Shown: positions 23,915-32,881 of the stretch, in pieces
Layout: the number at the start of each line of letters is the position of its first letter
Position numbering within the stretch: the first letter of the stretch is position 1
From: Candidatus Nomurabacteria bacterium
GTDB lineage: Bacteria; Patescibacteriota; Minisyncoccia; Phycocordibacterales; UBA9973
Reading direction: 5' to 3'
DNA: 41,718 nucleotides
NCBI GenBank assembly: GCA_023898605.1
Contig: CP060230.1
Span: forward strand, 197,944-239,661
Notes under the pieces: generated by a model
Told to the model about the DNA's origin: nothing
Databases searched by the model: none
The model's input: only the letters and a program-made list of their open reading frames with translations
Made by a program: the position numbers and the translations under genes

Positions 23915-25006
23915 CTAATAAGCAGCTGTTGCTATATAAGTAACATCTGTTGAATATGATCCAGCTTCAGTAAGTGAAGAAATGTTAGCTAGATATGATA
24001 CGCTGAGTGTCTCTGTTGCTGTAGGACCAGTTTCTGAAACTATTTCTGTTGCTGTAGATGCGACAAATGCAAAATCTGGGGTGGCATCTCTCTGATATCC
24101 TGATGCAATCGTAGCGTCACCATCAGTTGAGACAGAAAGTCCAAACTCTTCTGTTCCCGGGGTACCATCACCATCACCTGTTACAGATGCAACATCTATA
24201 GTATTAGCACCACTTGTAAGTGTTGCGCCATTATATGTTATCGAATATCCAGAAGAAGCATTTGTACCAACTGTCATAGTGTGCGCTGCTGTAGGAGTTG
24301 TTTCAGATGCATCGGTACCGTTTGTGTCACCTGTTGCCCATCTACCGGTAGATGCACTAAGAGTACCAAAACCGACTGTTGTATCGTCTACTGTAAATGT
24401 TATAGAAGGGTCAACTGTAGCTGTGATATTTACTGAGTCGTCAGCAATAATATCGATAGCAGCTGTACCAGAGTCTCCAAATGTTCCACCGATTGTTATA
24501 GAGTGATCGTTTCCAGCTACACCATTTGATATTTGGTTCGCACCAGTACCAGAAGATGTAGCATTTGTACCAACTTCTATCCTTACACACCTTGCTGCAG
24601 TTACAGTGTCTGTACCAGAAGTTATGGTTATAGTCTGACTGGCAATTGAAACACCCCATGTTGTACCAGAAGCAGATGCGGCTGTAGTCTTTTCTGTGTA
24701 ACCGGCTGTAGTACAAGTACCTGAGTCTCCTTCTGCAAAGTCAACGTCATCTTCTACAATAGAACCAAGTCCTGTGAAGTCTGAGTCAAATGTAACCGTT
24801 ATAGTCTCACCTGCTGCAACTCCAGACGGTGTAACAAAGTATATTGTGTGATTTGCTGCAGTAGATGCAGTAAGAGTAGAAAGAACATCTCTAAGAGAAG
24901 TTACAGATGCCGCGATAAGCATCTCTGGTCGAAGGAGTAATGCTCCAAACGCCATGACAACTACAAGGTATGAACCTAGTATTTTTGTTAAAAATTTTTT
25001 ATTCAT
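23915..25006 (-). CDS. Secreted Thr/Ser/Gly-rich protein sharing its C-terminal ~170-aa domain with the giant protein
   Basis: Signal peptide 'LGSYLVVVMAFGALLL'. The C-terminal 'ITFTVDDTTVGFGTLSA..RWATGD..ASSGYSITYNG..TEEFGLSVSTDG..TIASGY..YSTDVTYIATAAY' aligns by eye with the end of the 2547-aa protein. Confidence 0.6.
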   Translation of the reverse strand: MNKKFLTKILGSYLVVVMAFGALLLRPEMLIAASVTSLRDVLSTLTASTAANHTIYFVTPSGVAAGETITVTFDSDFTGLGSIVEDDVDFAEGDSGTCTTAGYTEKTTAASASGTTWGVSIASQTITITSGTDTVTAARCVRIEVGTNATSSGTGANQISNGVAGNDHSITIGGTFGDSGTAAIDIIADDSVNITATVDPSITFTVDDTTVGFGTLSASTGRWATGDTNGTDASETTPTAAHTMTVGTNASSGYSITYNGATLTSGANTIDVASVTGDGDGTPGTEEFGLSVSTDGDATIASGYQRDATPDFAFVASTATEIVSETGPTATETLSVSYLANISSLTEAGSYSTDVTYIATAAY

Positions 25007-25093
25007 TTTATGTGTTTTTTAACTTATAAGTTTTATACCCTTATATTATAATACTTATCCTTCTTACCTTCAAGACTTTTCCACAATAGAGTC

Positions 25094-28000
25094 TTAGAAA
25101 TTACCTGTAACTATATAAGTTACATCTGTAGAATAGTTATCTCCTGACACAGTAAGTGAATTTATGTTGGCTATATAATAAGCCGATATAGTCTCTGTAC
25201 TAGAGACTGCCGATGTTTTAGAGACTATTTCAGTCAAAGTATTGGCTACCCAGCTCCAATCACGGCTTGCAGGAGTAGCGTTGTGATCATACCCAGAAGC
25301 AATCGTACTAGATCCATCTGTAGAAAGCCCCAAACCAAACGCCTCTGTAACACCAGGGTCTCCATCCGCATCGTTTGTTATAGAAGCGGCATCTATATCA
25401 TCCGTACCACTCTTGAGTAAATCTCCAAAATATGTGAGTGAGTACCCAGAGGAAGCTGATGTTTGTATAGTAAATGTATGAGCTGCAACGTCAGAAGATG
25501 AACCACTCAAATCTCCAGTTGCCCACCTTGCATTTAGGATTGTAAGTGGACCAAATCCTATAGTTGTGTCAGATATCGAGAATGTAAGTGACGCATCAAA
25601 CCAACAAGAGTCGTTGTTACCACTGTTGGTAGAGTTTGTTGGGGACATCTGTATAGCTGTACCCTCACAACCTCCGTCTTGAACATCGGCATAATCAACA
25701 CTCGCTGTACCTGTCGGGTTGAAGTTGAACTGTGTACCGCCAGAGGTAGACCTTATAGTTATAAGGTTTCCACTACTACCTGTTACGGTAAATGTACCTG
25801 TTACCGTGTATATTGCACTACCTGTTATAGAAAAGTTGACTTGTTTTGCAGCAGTATGAGTAAGCGTGAGGTCATAGAAAGAAGTTGTACCAGAAATAGT
25901 TGCAGTGTTTGCCCCATTAAAAACGAGAGAAGAAGTATCTGCTGAAAAAGTTCCAGCATTACTAAAGTCTCCAGTTATCGTAATAGTTGATCCGTTGGCA
26001 GTAAATGTTCCAGCTTGTATATCTATAGAACCGACATCGAGGTCATAAGTATCATCAAAAGTGTTGAATCCACTTCCTCCCTGCATTGTAAGTGTTCCGT
26101 TTATAGTAGTAGATTGCTCCATCGCTTTTGTTGCACTAACAGAACTTATAAGAACATTGTAGTAAGTATAAGTACCAAGACCCTGATTTACGTTTGCATC
26201 AAAATCTACTGTCGAATCAGTATTGAGTGTTACTGTTTCGAAACTAGAATAGTTACTATCTAACGCGCCTGGTCCACTTTGGTCCACTTTGATTGTTGCA
26301 GCGTTTACAGTAAGTGTATTTGTACCAGAACCTGTTATGGTATTACCGTCAGGATCAACCGTTCCAGCCGAGACTGTAAAATTGTTTGTTATACCCGTAG
26401 TCGCTGCGAGTGTTTTTGTTCCAGAACCATTTACAACAAGGTCATAAAAACTTGTTGTGTTTGAGTCTGTTATAAAGACATCTCCGGCGCCTGTAAGTTC
26501 TACACTAGAAGTTCCCGCAGAAAAAGTTGCTGATGAACCTCTTGTAAAAACAGTTCCGCTTGTGGCAGTAAGATATATTGTAGATGCGTTTGCAACAAAT
26601 ATAGCACTACCAGCGTTAGTTATTTCAAGTTTACCGGTAGATAGCGTATAGTCGGAATCAGTGCTCAATGTGCCATTCAAAACATTTGTAGTACCTGCCG
26701 CATTTACAGTAGTTGTCCCTGTTAGTACATATGTTTCAGATGCGTTGCTTACAGAAAGATTGTAGTAGTTTACAGAACTAGCAATAGAAGTGTTTCCTCC
26801 TCCATTATTTCCCGTGTATATAACAGTAGAAGTTCCTTCGTTAAAAGTACCAGAGTTTGTAAGCGGTGTTCCATCTGTTCCTGTAAGAGTAAGAGTTATC
26901 GAGCCAAGTGTTATTGTGCCAGATGCACCAATATCAAGGTCAGCAACCGTCAAATCAAAACTTGGAGTAAATGTTCCAGCTGTAAGAGTAAGTGTAGAAT
27001 CAAAAGTAGATGAATCCGCAAGTGCCCAACCTCCACCAGATCCGTTGAATGTAACATTGTCGAAGTTTTCTCCACCATCTGTAATAACATGACCTGTTGC
27101 AGTCGCAGTAAACGTAGTTGTCTGTGAACTAGAGTAACTAAACGTACCTTCGTTTGTAAAATCTCCTCCAACAGAAAGTGCATTGGTTCCCATCGAAAGT
27201 GTTCCTGTCCCGTCTATATGAATATCTCCATCTTTCGAAGAAGACGATGAAGAAGGTGAAGTGGTTACAGTACCACCAGGTGTAAATGTTGAACCGTCCA
27301 ATATATGTAGCTCTACTCCGTCTTCTACAGTCAGAGTATCTGGAGAAGAGTCAACCGCATCATAAAGCATGTTTGTATCGTCTGTAGTACTGTCATAATC
27401 TACAAGATCAAGTATTGTGGCCGGACCTGCATTCTTGTGACCAACTACAACAGTGTCATAATAAAGATCCATTCCCACATCACCACTACCACTTGAAACA
27501 TACACAAGGTTGGCTTTGTTGGTACCCGTAGTATATATGCTTATGGTATCTCCAGCAGAAACTGTTACTGAAGAAAAAGTATATGTACCGTCGGAACTAG
27601 AGCAGGTTGTAGTTTGAGCTGTTCCACCGTTTACTCTAAGTGATACGTTTGCGGTAGTTCCGTCACAGTCACCACCGTTCCCAGTTGTTGCGGCTGTAGA
27701 TTCGTCAGATTTATAAACAGTCCCTGAGACACCAGATCCAGCACTAATCGTAACAGAAGGATATGAACAAGTAGAAGAAAGACAATCTGTAGTACCACTA
27801 GCTTGATATCGCCATACTGGTGTAACCATATCTACATCATATGCTCGGAAATAATATGTAGCAGAAGTAACATTCTCGGCTTTTAGTGGATAATCATACT
27901 CTGTTATAGCAAGACCAGTGTTGTCCATGTTACTTCCTGCTGTAGCATCCTTGTCAGATATGTATGCACCAGTTTCTGTAGAACCGGTAAGATTACTTGT

Positions 28001-31000
28001 GGCGATAGCAGTATTGTCAGAACAAGATCCACAAGTCTCACCGCTTGTAGCATAACGCCACACCGCACTTGTCTCACCTGTATCACCTACATCGGTCCAT
28101 GTTGCAGTAAGTGAATCTGGATCGTCAGTGGTCCATTGAAGCTTCTTACGTAAATCCGCACCATCCAAACTACCAGTTTCAACAAACTGATATCTTAGTC
28201 TTATAAAATCTTCTGCTGCCACTCCAGTAGCGGTAGCGTTTTCTGCCGCTATACCAGTAGATGGAGTGTTGGAAGTATAGTCACTGTAGAACCTCCAGTT
28301 TCTTCCCCATGGAGAATAAAACTTCCAAGCAAAATCATATGGATAAGAAGCTCCAGCAGGATCAGTACCTGGAGCATTATTATTTGGGCAAGCTACTCCA
28401 TAGTTTGTAAGATTTGTTTCGAGGTCAGCGTTGGCGGTAGAAAGCCCAGCACCAGTCCAAAGCTGAGCATACAAATCACAGTCCACGTCAGAAACAGCAA
28501 TCATTATGTCATCTGCATTTGGTGATCCCCAAGCTTTTACGTTTAGGGCGTCGTCAGATGTTGTAATACCTGTTCTGGTTTTTGACCCCCATGTACCTGA
28601 TGGGGTAAATGTAAAGTAGTTGTTTGTTCTAGTTGTGCCCGCGTCGTTGTAAACATGTAAACCCTCTCCGTTGAATCTTTCAAACGCAGTATACGCCTGC
28701 ATACTAACAACTGTTTCTGTTGCAGTGTCAGGACAGTCTGTCACGGCACACACAGTCCAACCATCAGTAGAATCATCTCCTCTCCACACAGCAGAACGGG
28801 TATCGTTACCTTGGGCTGAAGTTGTAACTAGAACTCTCGAACTTGTAGGGTCGGCTTTGGAAACTACCCATTGTCCGTTGGAGCTAGTAGAATATGCGGT
28901 ACTTTCGCCACTCCAACCAGTATCTACGTTGTAAGTTCTGTATTTTATAGCACCAGTTGTAGAGTCAGCATATGAAAGAACGAAGTTGTCTGTAAACTGC
29001 CAGTTACCATCAAAACACATTGCAAACTGACAAGCTACTGCCATAAGAGTTTCTATTGTAGTACCCGAATCCCAAGATGATCCATCCCAATAATATGCAA
29101 ACAAGTCTCTGTTTGCGTCTATAACCAAAAGCATCATTCTATCGGCTCTTTCTGACGCAAGATTATATCCGGAAGCAACCAATCTTATACCCCAAATAGC
29201 ACCGGCCGAACCGGGAAGATCTATTTCGTTTGTTGCACTAGGTGTACCTGGTGAAGAATCTGGTGACCAAGATGATCCATCCCAAAGTGCATAGTACACT
29301 TTGTCTGATACGTTATCAGAATATGCAACCATCGCTCTTCCTGAAAGAGCTTCGTAAGCTATATCAAAAGTTCTAAGACAAAAGCTTCCTGTTCCTGGAG
29401 TGTTACATGTTTGGGTGGCGGAGGTACCTGGGTTATTCCATTGTGCTGTATAGTCACCATTGGCATCACAACCTGTAGTACATGTTTCTACATAGAGTGA
29501 TCCGTCAACTTTAAGTGTTCCTATCATGATCTCTTCTCTGACTGGAGATGTATCTGCTATAACCCACTGAACATAACTCGTGTTTGAGGTTGCTCCGTTT
29601 ATCTCTGTTGCAAATGTGCTCGGGTTTGTAAAAACTCTTGCTCGGAGCACTCCCTGACTCGAGGCATTTGTATCGCCGTAATACATAACACCATTGTTGG
29701 CCACTGCGTCAGAGGCTATCTGCCAGTATCTTCCCTCTTCGAAGAAAACCTCTTCACCAAACCGGAAACTAAGCGGACCTATCAAAAATAGTTCTGGTGA
29801 GATAAGTGGTGCCTTGAACCTATAACTTATAGTTGCAGTTTCTCCTGCGGTTAGAGACAGGCTCCATCTTATTTCTTTCTCTCCAAGGTTTTCTATTATG
29901 TTGTTATAAGGTATACCTTGAGAACCTTTTCTTATATCAAAACTTAGCGGGACTCTTTCTATAACTGTTCCACTCCAGTCTTCTGTTGCAGTAACTTTGA
30001 GAGTGACAGAATATTCTGCTTTCGGGTTTATTCTAGTAGGAGCAATTCTTTCTACATCGAACACTACTCCTTCATCTACCATAAATGAATCTTTGACTGT
30101 TTTTTGCCCATTGGCTGTTATTGCAGAAAGTGTAGTTTTGTATTCTCCTTCGATTGTTGTATCGAAATATGCGTAGTAGTCTGGAACACTTATTATGTTG
30201 TCAGGACCACACTCTTCTTCTCTTGTTATTGTTCCGTTGTCTGTAGACAGCGTTGAGATATTTCCGTCTGGATCTGTAACATACATGGTTAGATCAGCAT
30301 CACAAACAGTTCTACCTCCATCATCCAAAACTCCCATTTGTATATAAGAAGTCATGCCAGGGTAGTACACTGATCTGTCGAAGTTCACCGCCAAAACTCC
30401 CCAACTAAAATCTTTCTGAGTTGTAACTTTTGCTTGTGGTGTATCGACAGAAACTTCTATTGTGTATCTTCCTGGTTTGAAATCTCTCTGGTTTTTATCT
30501 ACAACGATTTGAGTTTTTTCTATTCCTTCATAGAGAACTTTTTTAAAACTATAAGAAAGATCTACCATGTCTCCATACGGGTCAAATATAACTACACTTA
30601 TATCTTCTGGTTGCTCAATATCCTCTAGGAAAACTACGTCTTCTTCTCCTGCAAATAGATAGTTTAGTGGACTTTCTATCTGAACTGTTTCTGGAACATA
30701 TACATCTTCTTCTACAATTTCTTCTTCTGTAGTGTCGGTTGTTTCTATAACTTCTTCTGTAGTAGTTGCGGTATCTGGAAGTTCTATAACTTCAGGAGTT
30801 GGTTCCTCGGCAACTTCTTCAGGCAGAGTAGTTTCTTCAACTACTGGTTCTGGTTCTGGAGTTGGTTCAGGTGCAGGAATTTCTTCTTGTGCTTTTACCA
30901 CTCTTGTTATTCTCTTCCAGAAAGAAACTGTTTCTTCTGGGACTGGTTCTGGTGTTGGTTCTTCTTCGATAACTGGTTCAGGTTCTGGAGTAGGAGTTTC

Positions 31001-32737
31001 TTCAACTACTGGTTCTTCTGGAGCGACTGGAGTTTCTTCGATTGTGTCGGGCTGTGATATTTCTTCTACCACTTCCTCTGTTGGAGTTTGTTCAACTGTA
31101 CCCTGACTTTCTTCTAGAGTTTGCTGGTCCGCTCCATCGCTTTTTTCTATTATGTCTTTTGCTTTGTTTATTATCTGTTCGGTTTTTTGTTCTAGTTTTT
31201 GGTTCAAAACATTTTGGTCTTTTTCTTCTAGACTTTTTACAACTTCACCCAAGAGCCCGTGTTTATCTTCTAGAACATCGGCTTGTTGTTTTGAAACCAA
31301 GTCTCTCGCGTCTTCGATTGTCAAAAGTGGTTCGCTTATGATAAAGCTTGGACTTTGGTTTAGTGTGAAGTCTTGGTCTACTTCAACTATATCTTGTGGG
31401 TCTTTGATGAAAACTTCTGGAGCGTCGTCAATAGGCAGAAGTGTATCGTACTCTACATCGATAGACATACCATCTAGGAAGAAGTCCATGTTACTGTCTA
31501 TGTTTGCAAGTGGTACAACTCTTATCTGTATGTTATCTATATTCTCCCACTTTCTGATCAGACTCTTGTCTACTTCAAAAGAAGGATTTGGTAGTGAGTC
31601 ATAAGTCACAACACCGACTTCTTGCCAGTTGAATCCGTCGAGTGAAAGGAAAACTTTCAAGTACGGAGTCGATGTGTCTTTTGCGTTTTTTGTCTTTACT
31701 GTTTTTTTAGAAGACTTTGAAGCCGGTGTAGTTTCTTCTACGACTTCCTCACTTTCGGAATCTGTAATCTCTTCCGAGTTTTGTTCTTCAATTGTCTCAG
31801 CGGTCTCAATGATCGTCTCTTCTACGACTTCCTCAGTCACTTCTTCCGGTGCAGTAGTTTCTTCAACTACTGGTTCAGATTCTGGAGCTGGTTCAGGTTC
31901 TGGAGCTGGTTCTGGTGTTTCTTCTTGTGCTCTAACTACTCTTGTTATTCTCTTCCAGAAAGAAACTGTTTCTTCTGGAGTTGATTCTGATGCTGGTGTT
32001 TCTTCGATGGCTGGTTCAGGTTCTGGAGTAGGAGTTTCTTCAACTGCTGGTTCTTCTGGAGAAACTGGAGTTTCTTCAGTTGTATTGGTTTCTACGACTT
32101 CTTCTTTCTTTTCTGGTATTTCATTTATACTTCCACCTCCTTCTAGAATATCGTCAACGCTAGGTGCTAGTGCGTCTTCTATGTTTTGTTCTTCGTTTTC
32201 AATTTCTTCTTTTTCTACTTTAGTTGGACCGGTGTCTCTTATCTTGCCTTCTGGGAAAGCATAGAGACTCAAGTTCAAACTAAACTTTTCTGGAACTTTT
32301 TCATTTGGAATATCTCCACCGAAGTTACCACAATAAATATCTCCAGTAGAGTTTGCGAGTATTGCGGAGTATGAAGCGATTTCAGAATTCTTGGACGGCT
32401 CTTGAGGCGCTCCTTCTGCCCGGTCAGCATATTTCCAACTACCCAAACAATCTCCAGGGTAAAATGTTGCAATAGTTGCTCTACTTCTAAACGAGAAGAA
32501 TGAACCACTCAAAATAGCGATAAGCATAACGGCGATGCTTATAAATCTTGTGTGAGGATGGTTCCTAAATGCCTGCCAATCTATCTTGATTATGGGTACT
32601 CTTTTTCTAAGAGAAAGGATTTTCTTTGCTGGATCAATAAAAAGACCCCCGACTTCATCTCGGTATACAGGCCTTTTTTTATTTACTTTTTTTCTCTTTT
32701 TGCGGAAATTTAACATGAAAAATATGTCGAATCCCAA
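25094..32737 (-). CDS. Giant (2547-aa) N-terminally anchored cell-surface protein
   Basis: Uninterrupted 7.6-kb ORF (TTG 32737, with an alternative ATG at 32716). Basic N-terminus plus one TM (FISIAVMLIAILSGSFFSF). Two copies of an acidic Pro/Glu/Thr module. Ig-like middle region. Repeated W-containing Asp-box-like motifs (WDGSSW x2, DTGW, STDGW, SGTW). Long Thr/Gly/Ser-rich repeat region. Shared C-terminal domain. Confidence 0.85.
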   Translation of the reverse strand: MGFDIFFMLNFRKKRKKVNKKRPVYRDEVGGLFIDPAKKILSLRKRVPIIKIDWQAFRNHPHTRFISIAVMLIAILSGSFFSFRSRATIATFYPGDCLGSWKYADRAEGAPQEPSKNSEIASYSAILANSTGDIYCGNFGGDIPNEKVPEKFSLNLSLYAFPEGKIRDTGPTKVEKEEIENEEQNIEDALAPSVDDILEGGGSINEIPEKKEEVVETNTTEETPVSPEEPAVEETPTPEPEPAIEETPASESTPEETVSFWKRITRVVRAQEETPEPAPEPEPAPESEPVVEETTAPEEVTEEVVEETIIETAETIEEQNSEEITDSESEEVVEETTPASKSSKKTVKTKNAKDTSTPYLKVFLSLDGFNWQEVGVVTYDSLPNPSFEVDKSLIRKWENIDNIQIRVVPLANIDSNMDFFLDGMSIDVEYDTLLPIDDAPEVFIKDPQDIVEVDQDFTLNQSPSFIISEPLLTIEDARDLVSKQQADVLEDKHGLLGEVVKSLEEKDQNVLNQKLEQKTEQIINKAKDIIEKSDGADQQTLEESQGTVEQTPTEEVVEEISQPDTIEETPVAPEEPVVEETPTPEPEPVIEEEPTPEPVPEETVSFWKRITRVVKAQEEIPAPEPTPEPEPVVEETTLPEEVAEEPTPEVIELPDTATTTEEVIETTDTTEEEIVEEDVYVPETVQIESPLNYLFAGEEDVVFLEDIEQPEDISVVIFDPYGDMVDLSYSFKKVLYEGIEKTQIVVDKNQRDFKPGRYTIEVSVDTPQAKVTTQKDFSWGVLAVNFDRSVYYPGMTSYIQMGVLDDGGRTVCDADLTMYVTDPDGNISTLSTDNGTITREEECGPDNIISVPDYYAYFDTTIEGEYKTTLSAITANGQKTVKDSFMVDEGVVFDVERIAPTRINPKAEYSVTLKVTATEDWSGTVIERVPLSFDIRKGSQGIPYNNIIENLGEKEIRWSLSLTAGETATISYRFKAPLISPELFLIGPLSFRFGEEVFFEEGRYWQIASDAVANNGVMYYGDTNASSQGVLRARVFTNPSTFATEINGATSNTSYVQWVIADTSPVREEIMIGTLKVDGSLYVETCTTGCDANGDYTAQWNNPGTSATQTCNTPGTGSFCLRTFDIAYEALSGRAMVAYSDNVSDKVYYALWDGSSWSPDSSPGTPSATNEIDLPGSAGAIWGIRLVASGYNLASERADRMMLLVIDANRDLFAYYWDGSSWDSGTTIETLMAVACQFAMCFDGNWQFTDNFVLSYADSTTGAIKYRTYNVDTGWSGESTAYSTSSNGQWVVSKADPTSSRVLVTTSAQGNDTRSAVWRGDDSTDGWTVCAVTDCPDTATETVVSMQAYTAFERFNGEGLHVYNDAGTTRTNNYFTFTPSGTWGSKTRTGITTSDDALNVKAWGSPNADDIMIAVSDVDCDLYAQLWTGAGLSTANADLETNLTNYGVACPNNNAPGTDPAGASYPYDFAWKFYSPWGRNWRFYSDYTSNTPSTGIAAENATATGVAAEDFIRLRYQFVETGSLDGADLRKKLQWTTDDPDSLTATWTDVGDTGETSAVWRYATSGETCGSCSDNTAIATSNLTGSTETGAYISDKDATAGSNMDNTGLAITEYDYPLKAENVTSATYYFRAYDVDMVTPVWRYQASGTTDCLSSTCSYPSVTISAGSGVSGTVYKSDESTAATTGNGGDCDGTTANVSLRVNGGTAQTTTCSSSDGTYTFSSVTVSAGDTISIYTTGTNKANLVYVSSGSGDVGMDLYYDTVVVGHKNAGPATILDLVDYDSTTDDTNMLYDAVDSSPDTLTVEDGVELHILDGSTFTPGGTVTTSPSSSSSSKDGDIHIDGTGTLSMGTNALSVGGDFTNEGTFSYSSSQTTTFTATATGHVITDGGENFDNVTFNGSGGGWALADSSTFDSTLTLTAGTFTPSFDLTVADLDIGASGTITLGSITLTLTGTDGTPLTNSGTFNEGTSTVIYTGNNGGGNTSIASSVNYYNLSVSNASETYVLTGTTTVNAAGTTNVLNGTLSTDSDYTLSTGKLEITNAGSAIFVANASTIYLTATSGTVFTRGSSATFSAGTSSVELTGAGDVFITDSNTTSFYDLVVNGSGTKTLAATTGITNNFTVSAGTVDPDGNTITGSGTNTLTVNAATIKVDQSGPGALDSNYSSFETVTLNTDSTVDFDANVNQGLGTYTYYNVLISSVSATKAMEQSTTINGTLTMQGGSGFNTFDDTYDLDVGSIDIQAGTFTANGSTITITGDFSNAGTFSADTSSLVFNGANTATISGTTSFYDLTLTHTAAKQVNFSITGSAIYTVTGTFTVTGSSGNLITIRSTSGGTQFNFNPTGTASVDYADVQDGGCEGTAIQMSPTNSTNSGNNDSCWFDASLTFSISDTTIGFGPLTILNARWATGDLSGSSSDVAAHTFTIQTSASSGYSLTYFGDLLKSGTDDIDAASITNDADGDPGVTEAFGLGLSTDGSSTIASGYDHNATPASRDWSWVANTLTEIVSKTSAVSSTETISAYYIANINSLTVSGDNYSTDVTYIVTGNF
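30837..31039 (-). repeat. Intragenic repeat copy B (acidic PE/T-rich module containing ETVSFWKRITRVVKAQEE)
   Basis: Nucleotide-level similarity to 31853-32077 read directly. One shared run is ctcttgttattctcttccagaaagaaactgtttcttctgg. Confidence 0.85.
31853..32077 (-). repeat. Intragenic repeat copy A (acidic PE/T-rich module containing ETVSFWKRITRVVRAQEE)
   Basis: See copy B. The copies lie ~1 kb apart in the same gene. Confidence 0.85.
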
Positions 32738-32755
32738 ACAGACCTAACAATAGAA

Positions 32756-32764
32756 ATTATAGCA
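32756..32764 (-). promoter_or_regulatory. Extended -10 element TGCTATAAT upstream of the giant gene / surface operon
   Basis: The reverse complement of attatagca, read directly. It lies 18 nt upstream of TTG 32737. Confidence 0.45.
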
Positions 32765-32881
32765 CCAAAACCCCTGATTTTATATAAGGTTTTTAACCCT
32801 TTATTATTTTGCTGGGTCTCTTGGACAAAGTTAGAACCTCTATTTTATTAGAAAAGACGGTATTTTCTTACACCACCTTTA

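Noticed and set aside
26271-26290. Tandem 10-bp duplication ggtccactttggtccacttt inside the giant gene, considered as a frameshift switch
   Set aside because: There are only two copies. The ORF is intact across it (encodes KVDQSGP). Nothing indicates variability.
30732-32264. Plus-strand ORFs of 124, 99, 150 and 211 aa inside the giant gene
   Set aside because: They are Ser/Gly/Val-rich mirror images of the Pro/Glu/Thr-rich repeats on the coding strand. They are open only because of the biased composition.
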